Source: Gemmatimonadota bacterium
Lineage (GTDB): Bacteria; Gemmatimonadota; Gemmatimonadetes; Gemmatimonadales; GWC2-71-9
Assembly: GCA_020346845.1 (NCBI GenBank)
Contig: CP070792.1
Coordinates: 1 to 33,949 of the forward strand
Direction of reading: 5' to 3'
DNA: 33,949 nt
In this document: one piece after another, positions 25,103 to 33,514 of the stretch
How the letters are laid out: each line of letters opens with the position of its first letter
Numbering within the stretch: position 1 is the stretch's first letter
Program-made: the position numbers and the translations under genes
The notes under the pieces: model-generated
Database searches by the model: none
What the model was told of the DNA's origin: nothing
The model's input: only the letters and a program-made list of their open reading frames with translations

Positions 25103-27202
25103 ATGCGTGTCTATGGAAGTGATAAGATCCGCAACGTGGCCGTAGTTGGCCACGGTGCGAGCGGAAAAACGACGCTGGTGGATGCACTCGCATTCGTGGC
25201 CGGTAGCAGCAAGAGACATGGATCAGTTCCCGACGGAACGGCCCTCACCGATTACACTCCCGACGAAATCGAACGGCAGTATTCAATCAGCTTGGCGCTA
25301 GCCCACGCCGAGTGGATGGACAACAAGATCAATCTCATCGACACTCCCGGATATCTTGATTTTACCGGCGATGCCATGGCCGGCGTGTATGCTGCCGACG
25401 CGGCCCTGGTGGTGGTTGGTGCGACCTCGGGTGTCGAAGTGGGAACCGAGAAGGTCTGGGAGTATGCATCGGATTATGGTATCCCGCGGATGCTCGTGGT
25501 GTCCATGATCGACAAAGAGCATGCCGATTTCGAACGGGTATATCAGGATATCAAGGAACACCTCAGTTCTAAGGTGGTGCCGATCGAGATCCCGGTGGGT
25601 GAGGGACCAGAATTCCACGGCATCATCAACCTGTTCTCGAAGACCTGCCACATGTACAAGAAGGGAACGAAGACGGGCGAGTATGATGAGGCGGACGTTC
25701 CCGATGAGTACAAAGACAAGTTCGAGCAGTACTCTCAGGACTTGATCGAGACGATCGCAACCACCGACGACGAGCTGCTAGAGCGCTACCTCGGCGGAGA
25801 GGAGATCTCACGGGACGAGGCCATTGTTGCGATGAAAGCGGGAATGGCCCAGGGCGAGCTGTACCCCTTGCTTTGTTGCTCGGCCGAACTCACGTACGGC
25901 ACGAGAGCCCTGCTCTCCAAGATCGTCGAGCTAGCTCCCGCGCCAAGCGAGCGAGCGCCGATCACGGCGAAGACGTGGGGTGACGCAGCCGACATCGAGT
26001 TGGAAGCAAAGGATGACGGTCCGTTTGTGGCTCAGGTCTTCAAGACTGTATCGGAGCCGCATGTCGGTGAGGTGTCTTTGTTCAGGATCTACTCGGGCCG
26101 GGTTGGAAACGGGGCTGAGGTGTACAATGCACCACGCAGCTCGGCAGAGAAGCTGAATCATCTGTCGGTGGCACAAGGTAAGGACCGAACTGAGGTGCCC
26201 GAGCTGCATGCTGGGGACATTGGTGTAGTAGCGAAACTGAGAGATACCCACACGAATGACACGCTCGCGACTCAAGGCAAACAGGTGGTTCTCTCGAAGA
26301 TTCCGTTCCCCGAGCCACTGATCATTCTCTCGGTAGCCGTGACCAAGCGTGGCGAAGAGGACAAGCTATCAACGGGTCTTCAGAAGCTCCACGATGAGGA
26401 CCCCACCTTTGATCACGAGTACAACTCCGAAGTCAGGCAGACTCTCATCAGTGGTCGAGGTGAGCGACACCTCGAGGTCGTGGTAAACAGACTGGAACGA
26501 AAATTCGGCGTGCATGCGGAATTGGGTAAGCCAAAAGTTGCGTACCGAGAGACGTTCAAGGGTAAGGGCGAAGGGCAGGGCAAGCACAAGAAGCAGACGG
26601 GTGGCCGCGGTCAGTACGGCGACTGTTGGATCCGCATTGAGCCGCTGCCGCGCGGAGATGGTTATGACTTCAAGAACTCCATTGTTGGCGGCGCCATCCC
26701 CTCGAAGTACATACCGGCTGTAGACAAGGGCATCAAGGAATCAGCTGCACGGGGCATCCTAGCGGGAGCGCCTGTGGTCGACTTCAGGGCCGATTGCTAC
26801 GACGGCAGTTTCCACGACGTCGATAGTAGCGAGCAGGCTTTCAAGATGGCCGGGATCATGGCGTTCCGTAACGTAGCTCCGAAGTGCAAACCAGTGATCT
26901 TGGAGCCGATTCACGAAATCGAGGTGTGGACACCAGATGATAATTTGGGCGATGTGATGGGCGACCTGTCCTCACGCCGGGGCCAGATTCTTGGAAGTGA
27001 GCCTGACAAGCGGCTCACCAAGGTCAAGGCATTTGTACCAGAGGCGGAGATGTATCGGTATTCCACACAACTCCACTCGATGACGCACGGTCGCGGTACA
27101 TTCCGCTGGACATTCTCGAGCTACCAGGAAGTACCGCCCGACGTTGCTCAGAAGATCATCGAGGAACGCAAGAAGGAGGAGGAAGAGGCAGCCAAAGGCT
27201 AG
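25103..27202 (+). CDS. Elongation factor G paralogue (EF-G2-like translational GTPase)
   Basis: The full five-domain EF-G layout is readable. The G1 motif is GHGASGKTT and G3 is DTPGYLDF. AGGAGG lies 8 nt upstream of ATG 25103. The gene is not in an rpsL-rpsG-fusA-tuf context. Confidence 0.85.
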   Translation: MRVYGSDKIRNVAVVGHGASGKTTLVDALAFVAGSSKRHGSVPDGTALTDYTPDEIERQYSISLALAHAEWMDNKINLIDTPGYLDFTGDAMAGVYAADAALVVVGATSGVEVGTEKVWEYASDYGIPRMLVVSMIDKEHADFERVYQDIKEHLSSKVVPIEIPVGEGPEFHGIINLFSKTCHMYKKGTKTGEYDEADVPDEYKDKFEQYSQDLIETIATTDDELLERYLGGEEISRDEAIVAMKAGMAQGELYPLLCCSAELTYGTRALLSKIVELAPAPSERAPITAKTWGDAADIELEAKDDGPFVAQVFKTVSEPHVGEVSLFRIYSGRVGNGAEVYNAPRSSAEKLNHLSVAQGKDRTEVPELHAGDIGVVAKLRDTHTNDTLATQGKQVVLSKIPFPEPLIILSVAVTKRGEEDKLSTGLQKLHDEDPTFDHEYNSEVRQTLISGRGERHLEVVVNRLERKFGVHAELGKPKVAYRETFKGKGEGQGKHKKQTGGRGQYGDCWIRIEPLPRGDGYDFKNSIVGGAIPSKYIPAVDKGIKESAARGILAGAPVVDFRADCYDGSFHDVDSSEQAFKMAGIMAFRNVAPKCKPVILEPIHEIEVWTPDDNLGDVMGDLSSRRGQILGSEPDKRLTKVKAFVPEAEMYRYSTQLHSMTHGRGTFRWTFSSYQEVPPDVAQKIIEERKKEEEEAAKG

Positions 27203-27231
27203 CGTCGAATAGAGCAGAGCCCGAGCTCACG

Positions 27232-27268
27232 GCCCGCGCCGCTCAATGCTGCGCGGGCTTCTCCTTTC
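27232..27268 (+). terminator. Rho-independent-type terminator of the EF-G paralogue, embedded in the 3' end of convergent folA
   Basis: GCCCGCGC-(11 nt)-GCGCGGGC forms an 8-bp stem followed by TTCTCCTTTCT on the + strand. The loop contains the folA stop codon (27243-27245). Confidence 0.5.
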
Positions 27269-27749
27269 TGCGCCGGTATTGCCGGAACGAGTAAGGGAAG
27301 GCATGCTGCTCGTCCGGGTGGTTTCTGATGTCTTCGATCAGCTCCCAGTCTTCGTCGGGGAATTCTGGAAACAAGGTGTCACCCACCGCCTCTGTATGTA
27401 CCACGGTCAGGTATAAACGATCAGCTACCGGAAGTGCCATTCGGTAGATCTCACCGCCCCCTGCGATGAACACATCATCTTCTTCCGAAACCAGGTTCAG
27501 GGCTTCGGACAGTGAGTGAACCACTTCCGCTCCAGCCGCGCGATAGCTCAGGTCTCTGGTGACAACCACGTTGCGTCGGTTCGGCAACGGCTTGGGCAGA
27601 GTCTCGAACGTCTTACGTCCCATTACGACGGTATGGCCCGTCGTCAGCCGCTTGAAATGCCTCATGTCCTCGGGGAGACGCCAAGGGAGGCCGTTGCCGG
27701 CACCGATGACACGGTTCTCCGCTACAGCAGCGATGATGGAGACGATTAT
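27243..27749 (-). CDS. folA: Dihydrofolate reductase; 5' end uncertain because there is no canonical start codon
   Basis: The track ORF starts at ATG 27665 (MRHFKRL...). The same frame stays open upstream and encodes [28 protein letters not shown]. That is the conserved DHFR N-terminus, including the catalytic acid of the LPxD/E motif. No in-frame ATG, GTG or TTG lies between the stop at 27837-27839 and 27665. The end coordinate is given at ATA 27749. Confidence 0.7.
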   Translation of the reverse strand: MIVSIIAAVAENRVIGAGNGLPWRLPEDMRHFKRLTTGHTVVMGRKTFETLPKPLPNRRNVVVTRDLSYRAAGAEVVHSLSEALNLVSEEDDVFIAGGGEIYRMALPVADRLYLTVVHTEAVGDTLFPEFPDEDWELIEDIRNHPDEQHAFPYSFRQYRRRKEKPAQH

Positions 27750-28540
27750 ACTGCCACCTTTGCCGGGATATGTGGGTGTGGTTCGTACCCCTTCAATATG
27801 AAATCCTCGAACCTGAAGTCGAGTATCGACTTCACGTCAGGGTTGATCTCCATGGTGGCAAGTCCACGCGGCTCGCGGCTAATCTGCAATCTCGCCTGCT
27901 CCAGGTGATTCACGTAGAGATGTGCATCGCCAAACGTATGTATGAACTCACCTGCCCGCAGGCCCGTCACCTGCGCTACCATCATGGTGAGCAGCGAATA
28001 TGAGGCGATGTTGAATGGCACACCGAGGAACAAGTCTGCACTCCGCTGATACAGCTGGCATGAGAGTTTGTTATCGTGCACGTAGAACTGAAAAAACACG
28101 TGACACGGTGGCAAGGCCATTTTGTTCACGTCGGCCACGTTCCAGGCACTCACGACTAGACGTCTTGAATCTGGGTTCTTGAGGATGGCCGAGAGGACCT
28201 CACTGATCTGATCGATACTCTCGCCGTCCGGCGACGGCCAGGAACGCCATTGATATCCGTAGATCGGTCCGAGATCACCGGCCTCGTCGGCCCACTCATC
28301 CCAGATACTGATCCCATGCTCCTTCAGGTAATGGATGTTGGTATCGCCACGCAAGAACCACAGCAGTTCGTAGATGATCGACTTGAGGTGCAACTTCTTG
28401 GTGGTGACAAGTGGGAATCCGTCCCCCAAATCGAACCTCATCTGATACCCGAACGTGCTCAGCGTCCCCGTTCCTGTTCGGTCTCCCTTTTCCACCCCCT
28501 CCTCGAGAACGTGACGCAAGAGATCGAGGTATTGCTTCAT
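27746..28540 (-). CDS. thyA: Thymidylate synthase (ThyA, folate-dependent)
   Basis: The protein starts [31 protein letters not shown] and has the active-site motif LPPCH ([13 protein letters not shown]). It is 264 aa, the classical ThyA length. Confidence 0.95.
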   Translation of the reverse strand: MKQYLDLLRHVLEEGVEKGDRTGTGTLSTFGYQMRFDLGDGFPLVTTKKLHLKSIIYELLWFLRGDTNIHYLKEHGISIWDEWADEAGDLGPIYGYQWRSWPSPDGESIDQISEVLSAILKNPDSRRLVVSAWNVADVNKMALPPCHVFFQFYVHDNKLSCQLYQRSADLFLGVPFNIASYSLLTMMVAQVTGLRAGEFIHTFGDAHLYVNHLEQARLQISREPRGLATMEINPDVKSILDFRFEDFILKGYEPHPHIPAKVAV

Positions 28541-29589
28541 TTACATCTCCTCCACCAGGGCGCACCAGCTAGCAAACGGAAGTAAAGTCTCACAAGCCAG
28601 TTCACCGGAGCGATGAGCTTGGTTATCAGAATGGTACTATAAACCTGTGCCCGGGAGATCTTCACCTTGTGGTTGGGGTCGAGCAGGTGCGGATCCCGGT
28701 CGGCCAGGCGCAACGTCCCGACCGCAAAGTAGAGCGATGTGAGGCAGAACATGCGAATGCCGTAATGTCGTCTTGGCAGTGCGAGCGAGTATCTCAGAGC
28801 ATCGCACAGGTGTGTCTTTGCCTTGTCAATCAACCAGTGCATTACCTGGCGGGACTCGTCCAGATGGTCGTCATTTTCGATATCCTCAGGGCCAATGCCG
28901 GCATCCCTTAGGACCTGCCGAGGCAGGAAGCTCTGCCCACGCCGTCTGTCGTCAGATACATCCTTGATGATGTTGGTCAACTGGAGCCCTAGACCAAACG
29001 ACGTTGCCAGCGAGTCCATTCTCTCGTATTGCGCGGCTGAAGGCAGGGGCTTGTGTCGCCGGAACAGCTCTGTCAGAAGGTGGCCGACCGTACCCGCCAC
29101 GTAGTAGCAGTACAGTTCCAGATCCTCAACGGTAGTGATGGCAACGTCGTTCTTGCTTGCACCGGTCCTACCCGCGAACTGAGCCATCCCTGTGCACATC
29201 TCCTTGACCCATGGGCGCACTGCTTCCTGCTGACTGCGCGGTAGTCGATTGAACTCAGCCAGCACCACGTGCGCCTCTCGTGCCAGGAGCTCATCGTCGG
29301 ATGTGGGTTGGTCGAATACGGCCCGCAGCGGTTCGGTATCGGGTTCGTCCGAGTCGAGACACTGACTGAACACGTTCAGTAGGTTCGACTTCTCTAGGGG
29401 AAGCAGAGATGACGAGTCCTCGAGCGTGTCTGCTATCCGGCACAGGAGATATGCGATTAGCACCGAATGCTCCAAGTCGTGCGGAAGCAGCTTGATACAA
29501 ACAGCGAAGGTACGAGACACCTTGGGCAGCATGTCCTGGCAGAACTCGCGATTTGAGACTGGCGCACTTCGAATAGCGGTATGCGTCAT
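28537..29589 (-). CDS. Squalene synthase-type farnesyl-diphosphate farnesyltransferase (squalene/phytoene synthase family)
   Basis: The motifs VSRTFA, first Asp-rich [29 protein letters not shown] (second Asp-rich) and RRGQSFLPR are present. The order and spacing match eukaryote-type SQS from memory. Its stop overlaps the thyA start (ATGA at 28537-28540). Confidence 0.75.
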   Translation of the reverse strand: MTHTAIRSAPVSNREFCQDMLPKVSRTFAVCIKLLPHDLEHSVLIAYLLCRIADTLEDSSSLLPLEKSNLLNVFSQCLDSDEPDTEPLRAVFDQPTSDDELLAREAHVVLAEFNRLPRSQQEAVRPWVKEMCTGMAQFAGRTGASKNDVAITTVEDLELYCYYVAGTVGHLLTELFRRHKPLPSAAQYERMDSLATSFGLGLQLTNIIKDVSDDRRRGQSFLPRQVLRDAGIGPEDIENDDHLDESRQVMHWLIDKAKTHLCDALRYSLALPRRHYGIRMFCLTSLYFAVGTLRLADRDPHLLDPNHKVKISRAQVYSTILITKLIAPVNWLVRLYFRLLAGAPWWRRCK

Positions 29590-29595
29590 GGCCGG

Positions 29596-30864
29596 CTAGC
29601 CCCACCTCCCGATGCGCATCCAGTCTGGAAGCAGAGTCCGCCAAGTGAAGACTGTTCTGGGGTCGGTTGTTTCATTGATGATCCCCGCCGCCGCACGAGT
29701 GAGGTGCGGGCTCCTGCAAATTCGAGCAGCCAACAAGTCGGTGAGCCAAGGCTTGGATATCCACCGCTGCGCAACGCGGTAGCCAAGGTATCGCGGTGAA
29801 AGCTGCTCTTCCACCAGCGCGGGCAGTAGAGACAGCGGTTCAGTATCGCCTTGCTCCAAGGCAAGATGAACCTGCTGCGCGGCTAGCATCGCTGTTTCCA
29901 TCGCCTTGCCGATACCCTCCCCCGTAAAGGGATATGTCGATCCGATGGTCTCACCAATCGCAATCACGCTGCCGCCGTTGAAAAGAACTGCGCCACCGAG
30001 GCCGGCACGCAACCGGGCGCCCCGCAATGGAGTGATCGAGTCAGCGCCTGTCATCAGGGAGCGCGCAACCTTAGCTGCGGTGAAGGACTCGAATGTCTGG
30101 CGCAAGTTCACCTTCGCACATCTCTCGTCGTCGTAGAAGATACCGCATCCAACGTTGTACTCCCCGCCACCCATCGGGAATATCCACCCGTATCCGGGTG
30201 CCGCCTCCTTCTCGAATGACACAATGAGCCTATCGATCTCGACCGGAGATCTAACGTAACAACGTGTTGCCATTCCGTTGGCTCTCTGTTGTACGACCAT
30301 TCCCAGGGGAACGAGAAGCTCCACATTTGCACCGGTAGCAATGATTGCCACTCGTGCGTGAATCAGCTCACCAGTCGGAGCGACGAGAGCTCTCACGCCT
30401 CCACGCTCTTCTTGCTGCACGCGTTCGATCCGAGCCTTTACGAACGTCGATCCGCGGGAGATTGCATGCTCCAGGATGAGTGTGTCCAATTTCTCCCGCC
30501 TCAGCGTGATACACTCTGCGGGAATCTCAACGTGTATTCCCGCTGGACTCACGACAGTCAAGTGGTCTACCGAATGGCCCAGTCGTTTCACCCGGTCGTA
30601 CAAGCCGAGTGATCGGAGGCTGGTCAGGGCATCGGGGATCAGGCCGTCTCCACACACTTTCTCGCGAGGGAAACTGTGCCGATCCAGCAGCAGCACGGAG
30701 TGACCCAGCGGCGCTAGTGTTGCAGCGGCTGTGGAGCCGGCCGGACCAGCTCCTATTATCACAACGTCCCATGCCCGTTCCACAAGTTTGGCATCGATGG
30801 CTGTGGTATCGTGGCGGAGCATCCTACCGGGCGTTTGCGTGTGATCAGCCCTGCGGTCCTGCAT
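29596..30864 (-). CDS. Geranylgeranyl-reductase-family FAD-dependent oxidoreductase
   Basis: The FAD-binding motif DVVIIGAGPAGSTAA...LLLDR is followed by PREKVCGDGLIP (GGR-type CGG/CGD motif). The stop lies 6 nt before the SQS start. The start is ATG 30864 (20-nt overlap with the upstream gene) or ATG 30822. Confidence 0.75.
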   Translation of the reverse strand: MQDRRADHTQTPGRMLRHDTTAIDAKLVERAWDVVIIGAGPAGSTAAATLAPLGHSVLLLDRHSFPREKVCGDGLIPDALTSLRSLGLYDRVKRLGHSVDHLTVVSPAGIHVEIPAECITLRREKLDTLILEHAISRGSTFVKARIERVQQEERGGVRALVAPTGELIHARVAIIATGANVELLVPLGMVVQQRANGMATRCYVRSPVEIDRLIVSFEKEAAPGYGWIFPMGGGEYNVGCGIFYDDERCAKVNLRQTFESFTAAKVARSLMTGADSITPLRGARLRAGLGGAVLFNGGSVIAIGETIGSTYPFTGEGIGKAMETAMLAAQQVHLALEQGDTEPLSLLPALVEEQLSPRYLGYRVAQRWISKPWLTDLLAARICRSPHLTRAAAGIINETTDPRTVFTWRTLLPDWMRIGRWG

Positions 30865-31342
30865 TGAGTGCTGCGAGCATGCGCTGCAGCAACTCCGCCG
30901 CTGGATGGTCGGCTGGAACCGGCTGCTCTGTCTCTCGTTCGGGCTGTGACGGATCGATCACGCGGCGACGCACGGCCTCACCGGTTACGACGCTATTGCC
31001 AGGAGTGGCCGGATCGGACCAGAAGCGGAACCGCACGACGGACTCGGTATCAAGGCTCGACGCGCCAACCGTTCGTCCGGCAGCTATGTCAAACCATTTG
31101 GACTCCACATATCCCTCGCGTGGTCTGAGATGCTGAATCTCGATTCCTTCTGCCGCTAGCAGCGCACCGATCTGGATGATGGCGCTGTCGGGCAGCAACG
31201 GCATTGTGTCCGAGATCGCCTGCGGGAATGGGTCGAATCGGGGTCTGGCGCCACCGGCGCCACACGCGGAAGTGACCAGTGCCAGCGATACCAGAGCGTA
31301 GTGAAGCGGGATTGCCGGCATGGAAAGCAACCGGGGAAGCAC
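30845..31342 (-). CDS. Hypothetical lipoprotein
   Basis: The N-terminus has a signal peptide with lipobox (LVSLALVTSAC). I recognise no domain. The start is GTG 31342 (1 nt after the upstream stop) or ATG 31321. Confidence 0.5.
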   Translation of the reverse strand: MLPRLLSMPAIPLHYALVSLALVTSACGAGGARPRFDPFPQAISDTMPLLPDSAIIQIGALLAAEGIEIQHLRPREGYVESKWFDIAAGRTVGASSLDTESVVRFRFWSDPATPGNSVVTGEAVRRRVIDPSQPERETEQPVPADHPAAELLQRMLAALNAGPQG

Positions 31343-31343
31343 T

Positions 31344-32192
31344 CTAGCGGCCCCCGTCGCTCAGCCCCAGGTTCCTGCGCACCTCACCGGCAATACGCTC
31401 CATTACCTGAAACGGTGGCGGTGGGGTATTGGGTCGCGTGTCGAGATCCCCGTGCTCGAGCTTGTCGAGAATCTGCTCGAGCGCGACCTGGAATTTATCC
31501 ACTTGTCGCCGGCGATCACGTGCTATCGAATAAGCGATGGGTGCACCCAGCACAGCGGGGATCGCGGCTACCGGTGCCATCACTCCGATGACCAGGGCTA
31601 CGCCACTCGTGGCCAGTGCGCTCCCGAGCGTGAGTCCACTGCCCAGGAGGTATTCGTTTCGCGTGTTCGAAAGATCAGCCATGAGCTGGACCAGGCTGCG
31701 CCCTCTTTCGATTGAAGTTACCCGCGAGACTACTTCCCGGGCGCGCGCCAGGAGATACTTCCGTCCACCCACTCCCAGCGAGCGCCTGAGGGAAGCCCAC
31801 GCACCCTCCTTCCGCTCCCAGGAGGTCGAGTCGGGATACCGGCGCTTGACTTGGAGCAACTCTCCCTCGGACATCCAGTCGTTCAGCTTTGCCTCGAGCT
31901 CCGCCGATCCACCGGTTACCACACGCTCTGCGGTTATGCGACGCGGACCCACCAGTCGTGTAACCGGCCCTGCCTCCTTGGGCACGAGCGCACGCGTACG
32001 CTCCTCGAGCATTGCTTGTCTCAGGTGTGTTTGCGATATGCCGACGTCGTTACCCAGCTGCATGACTTCGGCTTCGGTCAGAACCTCGCCAATATCGCGC
32101 TCGCCAGCCTGCAATTCCGCTGCTCGGTGGATGATCCTCTCGAGCGCTGCGCGGTCGAACTGAGAATCCCGTGGTACCAGGTCGTCACTCAT
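31344..32192 (-). CDS. Hypothetical membrane protein (soluble N-terminal ~170 aa, two adjacent TM helices, short C-terminal tail)
   Basis: 282-aa ORF. The hydrophobic stretch is LLGSGLTLGSALATSGVALVIGVMAPVAAIPAVLGAPIAYSI. No family is recognised from memory. Confidence 0.55.
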   Translation of the reverse strand: MSDDLVPRDSQFDRAALERIIHRAAELQAGERDIGEVLTEAEVMQLGNDVGISQTHLRQAMLEERTRALVPKEAGPVTRLVGPRRITAERVVTGGSAELEAKLNDWMSEGELLQVKRRYPDSTSWERKEGAWASLRRSLGVGGRKYLLARAREVVSRVTSIERGRSLVQLMADLSNTRNEYLLGSGLTLGSALATSGVALVIGVMAPVAAIPAVLGAPIAYSIARDRRRQVDKFQVALEQILDKLEHGDLDTRPNTPPPPFQVMERIAGEVRRNLGLSDGGR

Positions 32193-32298
32193 TTGCAGAT
32201 CGGAGCTGCGCTCCAGTTTCGGGTTGGCAGTTTAGATCCTGATAGCCAAGATACCAGGGTCGACCAAGAGTGAGGAGGGCTACGGGGAGAAGCTGTGC

Positions 32299-32991
32299 TC
32301 AGCCTCTATTGGCTGACGTGCCGCAGCTTACGCAAAAGAGCCAACCGGGCTCAATGTCTTCGCCACACTTGGTGCATGGGGTAATGCCGATTCGCTCGCC
32401 GCAAAACGGGCAAAAAGTGATGGCACGCTGTTGTGGCAGGGATTTGGAACAGGCCGGGCATCCGATCGAGTCTGTCTCGGCCGGTCGTGTGACTGCTTCT
32501 GGGGCAGGTGCTGCATGCTCGGGTGTCGGCTCTTCCACCGGCTCGAAAATGGGCGGCGTCTTTCTGTCCGTCGGAGCTGGTGGTGGATGGTGTGGTGTGG
32601 GAGCCGGTATCTCTGCCCCTGACCCGGGAGGCGCGTAGGCGTCTCCTGTCCGCTTGATGGACTTCACCGCCTCCAAATTGAGTAGGACGCGAGCGGCAGC
32701 GAACTCGCGGAACAGGCCAGGATCGGGGTTGATTGCCTGGGCCTCGTCCGCCAACTGTTGTTGCACCTCCGGTGGCTGAACCGAGGCGTAGCCGCCTTCG
32801 CCGGCCAATAGCCGGAGCACAGCCATCTCATAGTCCTGATTGGTGTCCAGCTGGAGTTGGTTCTTGAACTGCCGATAGGGAAGGATGCTCTGGTATAGCT
32901 CAGATACTTGAAACGGTCTCGTCACGCGCTTTGGATCTGACTGCCTGAGGACCTGCACCAGTGTATCGAGTAGCCGTTCAAGATCATCCAT
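32299..32991 (-). CDS. Hypothetical protein with a C-terminal double zinc-ribbon
   Basis: Four CxxC pairs are present (CPACS...CPFCG...CTKCG...CVSCG). They follow a Pro-rich linker and an N-terminal globular region of about 115 aa that I do not recognise. Confidence 0.6.
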   Translation of the reverse strand: MDDLERLLDTLVQVLRQSDPKRVTRPFQVSELYQSILPYRQFKNQLQLDTNQDYEMAVLRLLAGEGGYASVQPPEVQQQLADEAQAINPDPGLFREFAAARVLLNLEAVKSIKRTGDAYAPPGSGAEIPAPTPHHPPPAPTDRKTPPIFEPVEEPTPEHAAPAPEAVTRPAETDSIGCPACSKSLPQQRAITFCPFCGERIGITPCTKCGEDIEPGWLFCVSCGTSANRG

Positions 32992-33009
32992 GGTCGAGTC
33001 CGTTGTTTC

Positions 33010-33510
33010 CTAACGCCACTCGTTGGCCCAGCGTTCATACCACACGGGTGTAACGTCAGCAGCCTTGAGTAGCTCCACCCCGCTCGTGTCACGATATTGG
33101 CGACGGTAGAACACATGTGTGGTGCCCGAATTGACGATCAACTTGGCACACATCACACATGGGCTGTCCGTAACAAACACGACCTTGTCACGGATATGAC
33201 CGGGCGCTTTCACGAGTGCGTTTACCTCCGAATGGAGGCATCCACAGGCGCCAGGTGTCGTGGAATCACATTGATTGGGAAATCCCTTGGCGTTCCCGTT
33301 GTACCCGATGGCAAGTACGTTTTCCAGCTGAGCGTCGGTCACCACAGTACCGACCTGCAATCGGGCACAGGTCGAACGTTTGGCCAGTTCTTCTGCCATC
33401 CTCATGTAAACTTCAAACAGCGGAATTCTGTCCAGCTGTGGTTCGGCCCCGTCGGGTAAGATGTTCAGGGGATGTGTGTTCTCCACTACTCCATCTTTGA
33501 ACGGTGTCAT
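33010..33510 (-). CDS. dCMP (deoxycytidylate) deaminase, ComEB/Dcd-type zinc deaminase
   Basis: The cytidine/deoxycytidylate deaminase motifs HSEVNAL (H-x-E) and SPCVMCAKLI (PCxxC) are present. The size (166 aa) fits dCMP deaminase. Confidence 0.8.
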   Translation of the reverse strand: MTPFKDGVVENTHPLNILPDGAEPQLDRIPLFEVYMRMAEELAKRSTCARLQVGTVVTDAQLENVLAIGYNGNAKGFPNQCDSTTPGACGCLHSEVNALVKAPGHIRDKVVFVTDSPCVMCAKLIVNSGTTHVFYRRQYRDTSGVELLKAADVTPVWYERWANEWR

Positions 33511-33514
33511 GCTC

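Noticed and set aside
31537-32163. A 208-aa plus-strand ORF.
   Set aside because: It is antisense to the 282-aa membrane-protein ORF, which sits in a tightly packed same-strand gene string. Its low-complexity Ser/Arg/Pro composition also argues against it. Neither frame has homology support, so the strand choice is moderately confident only.
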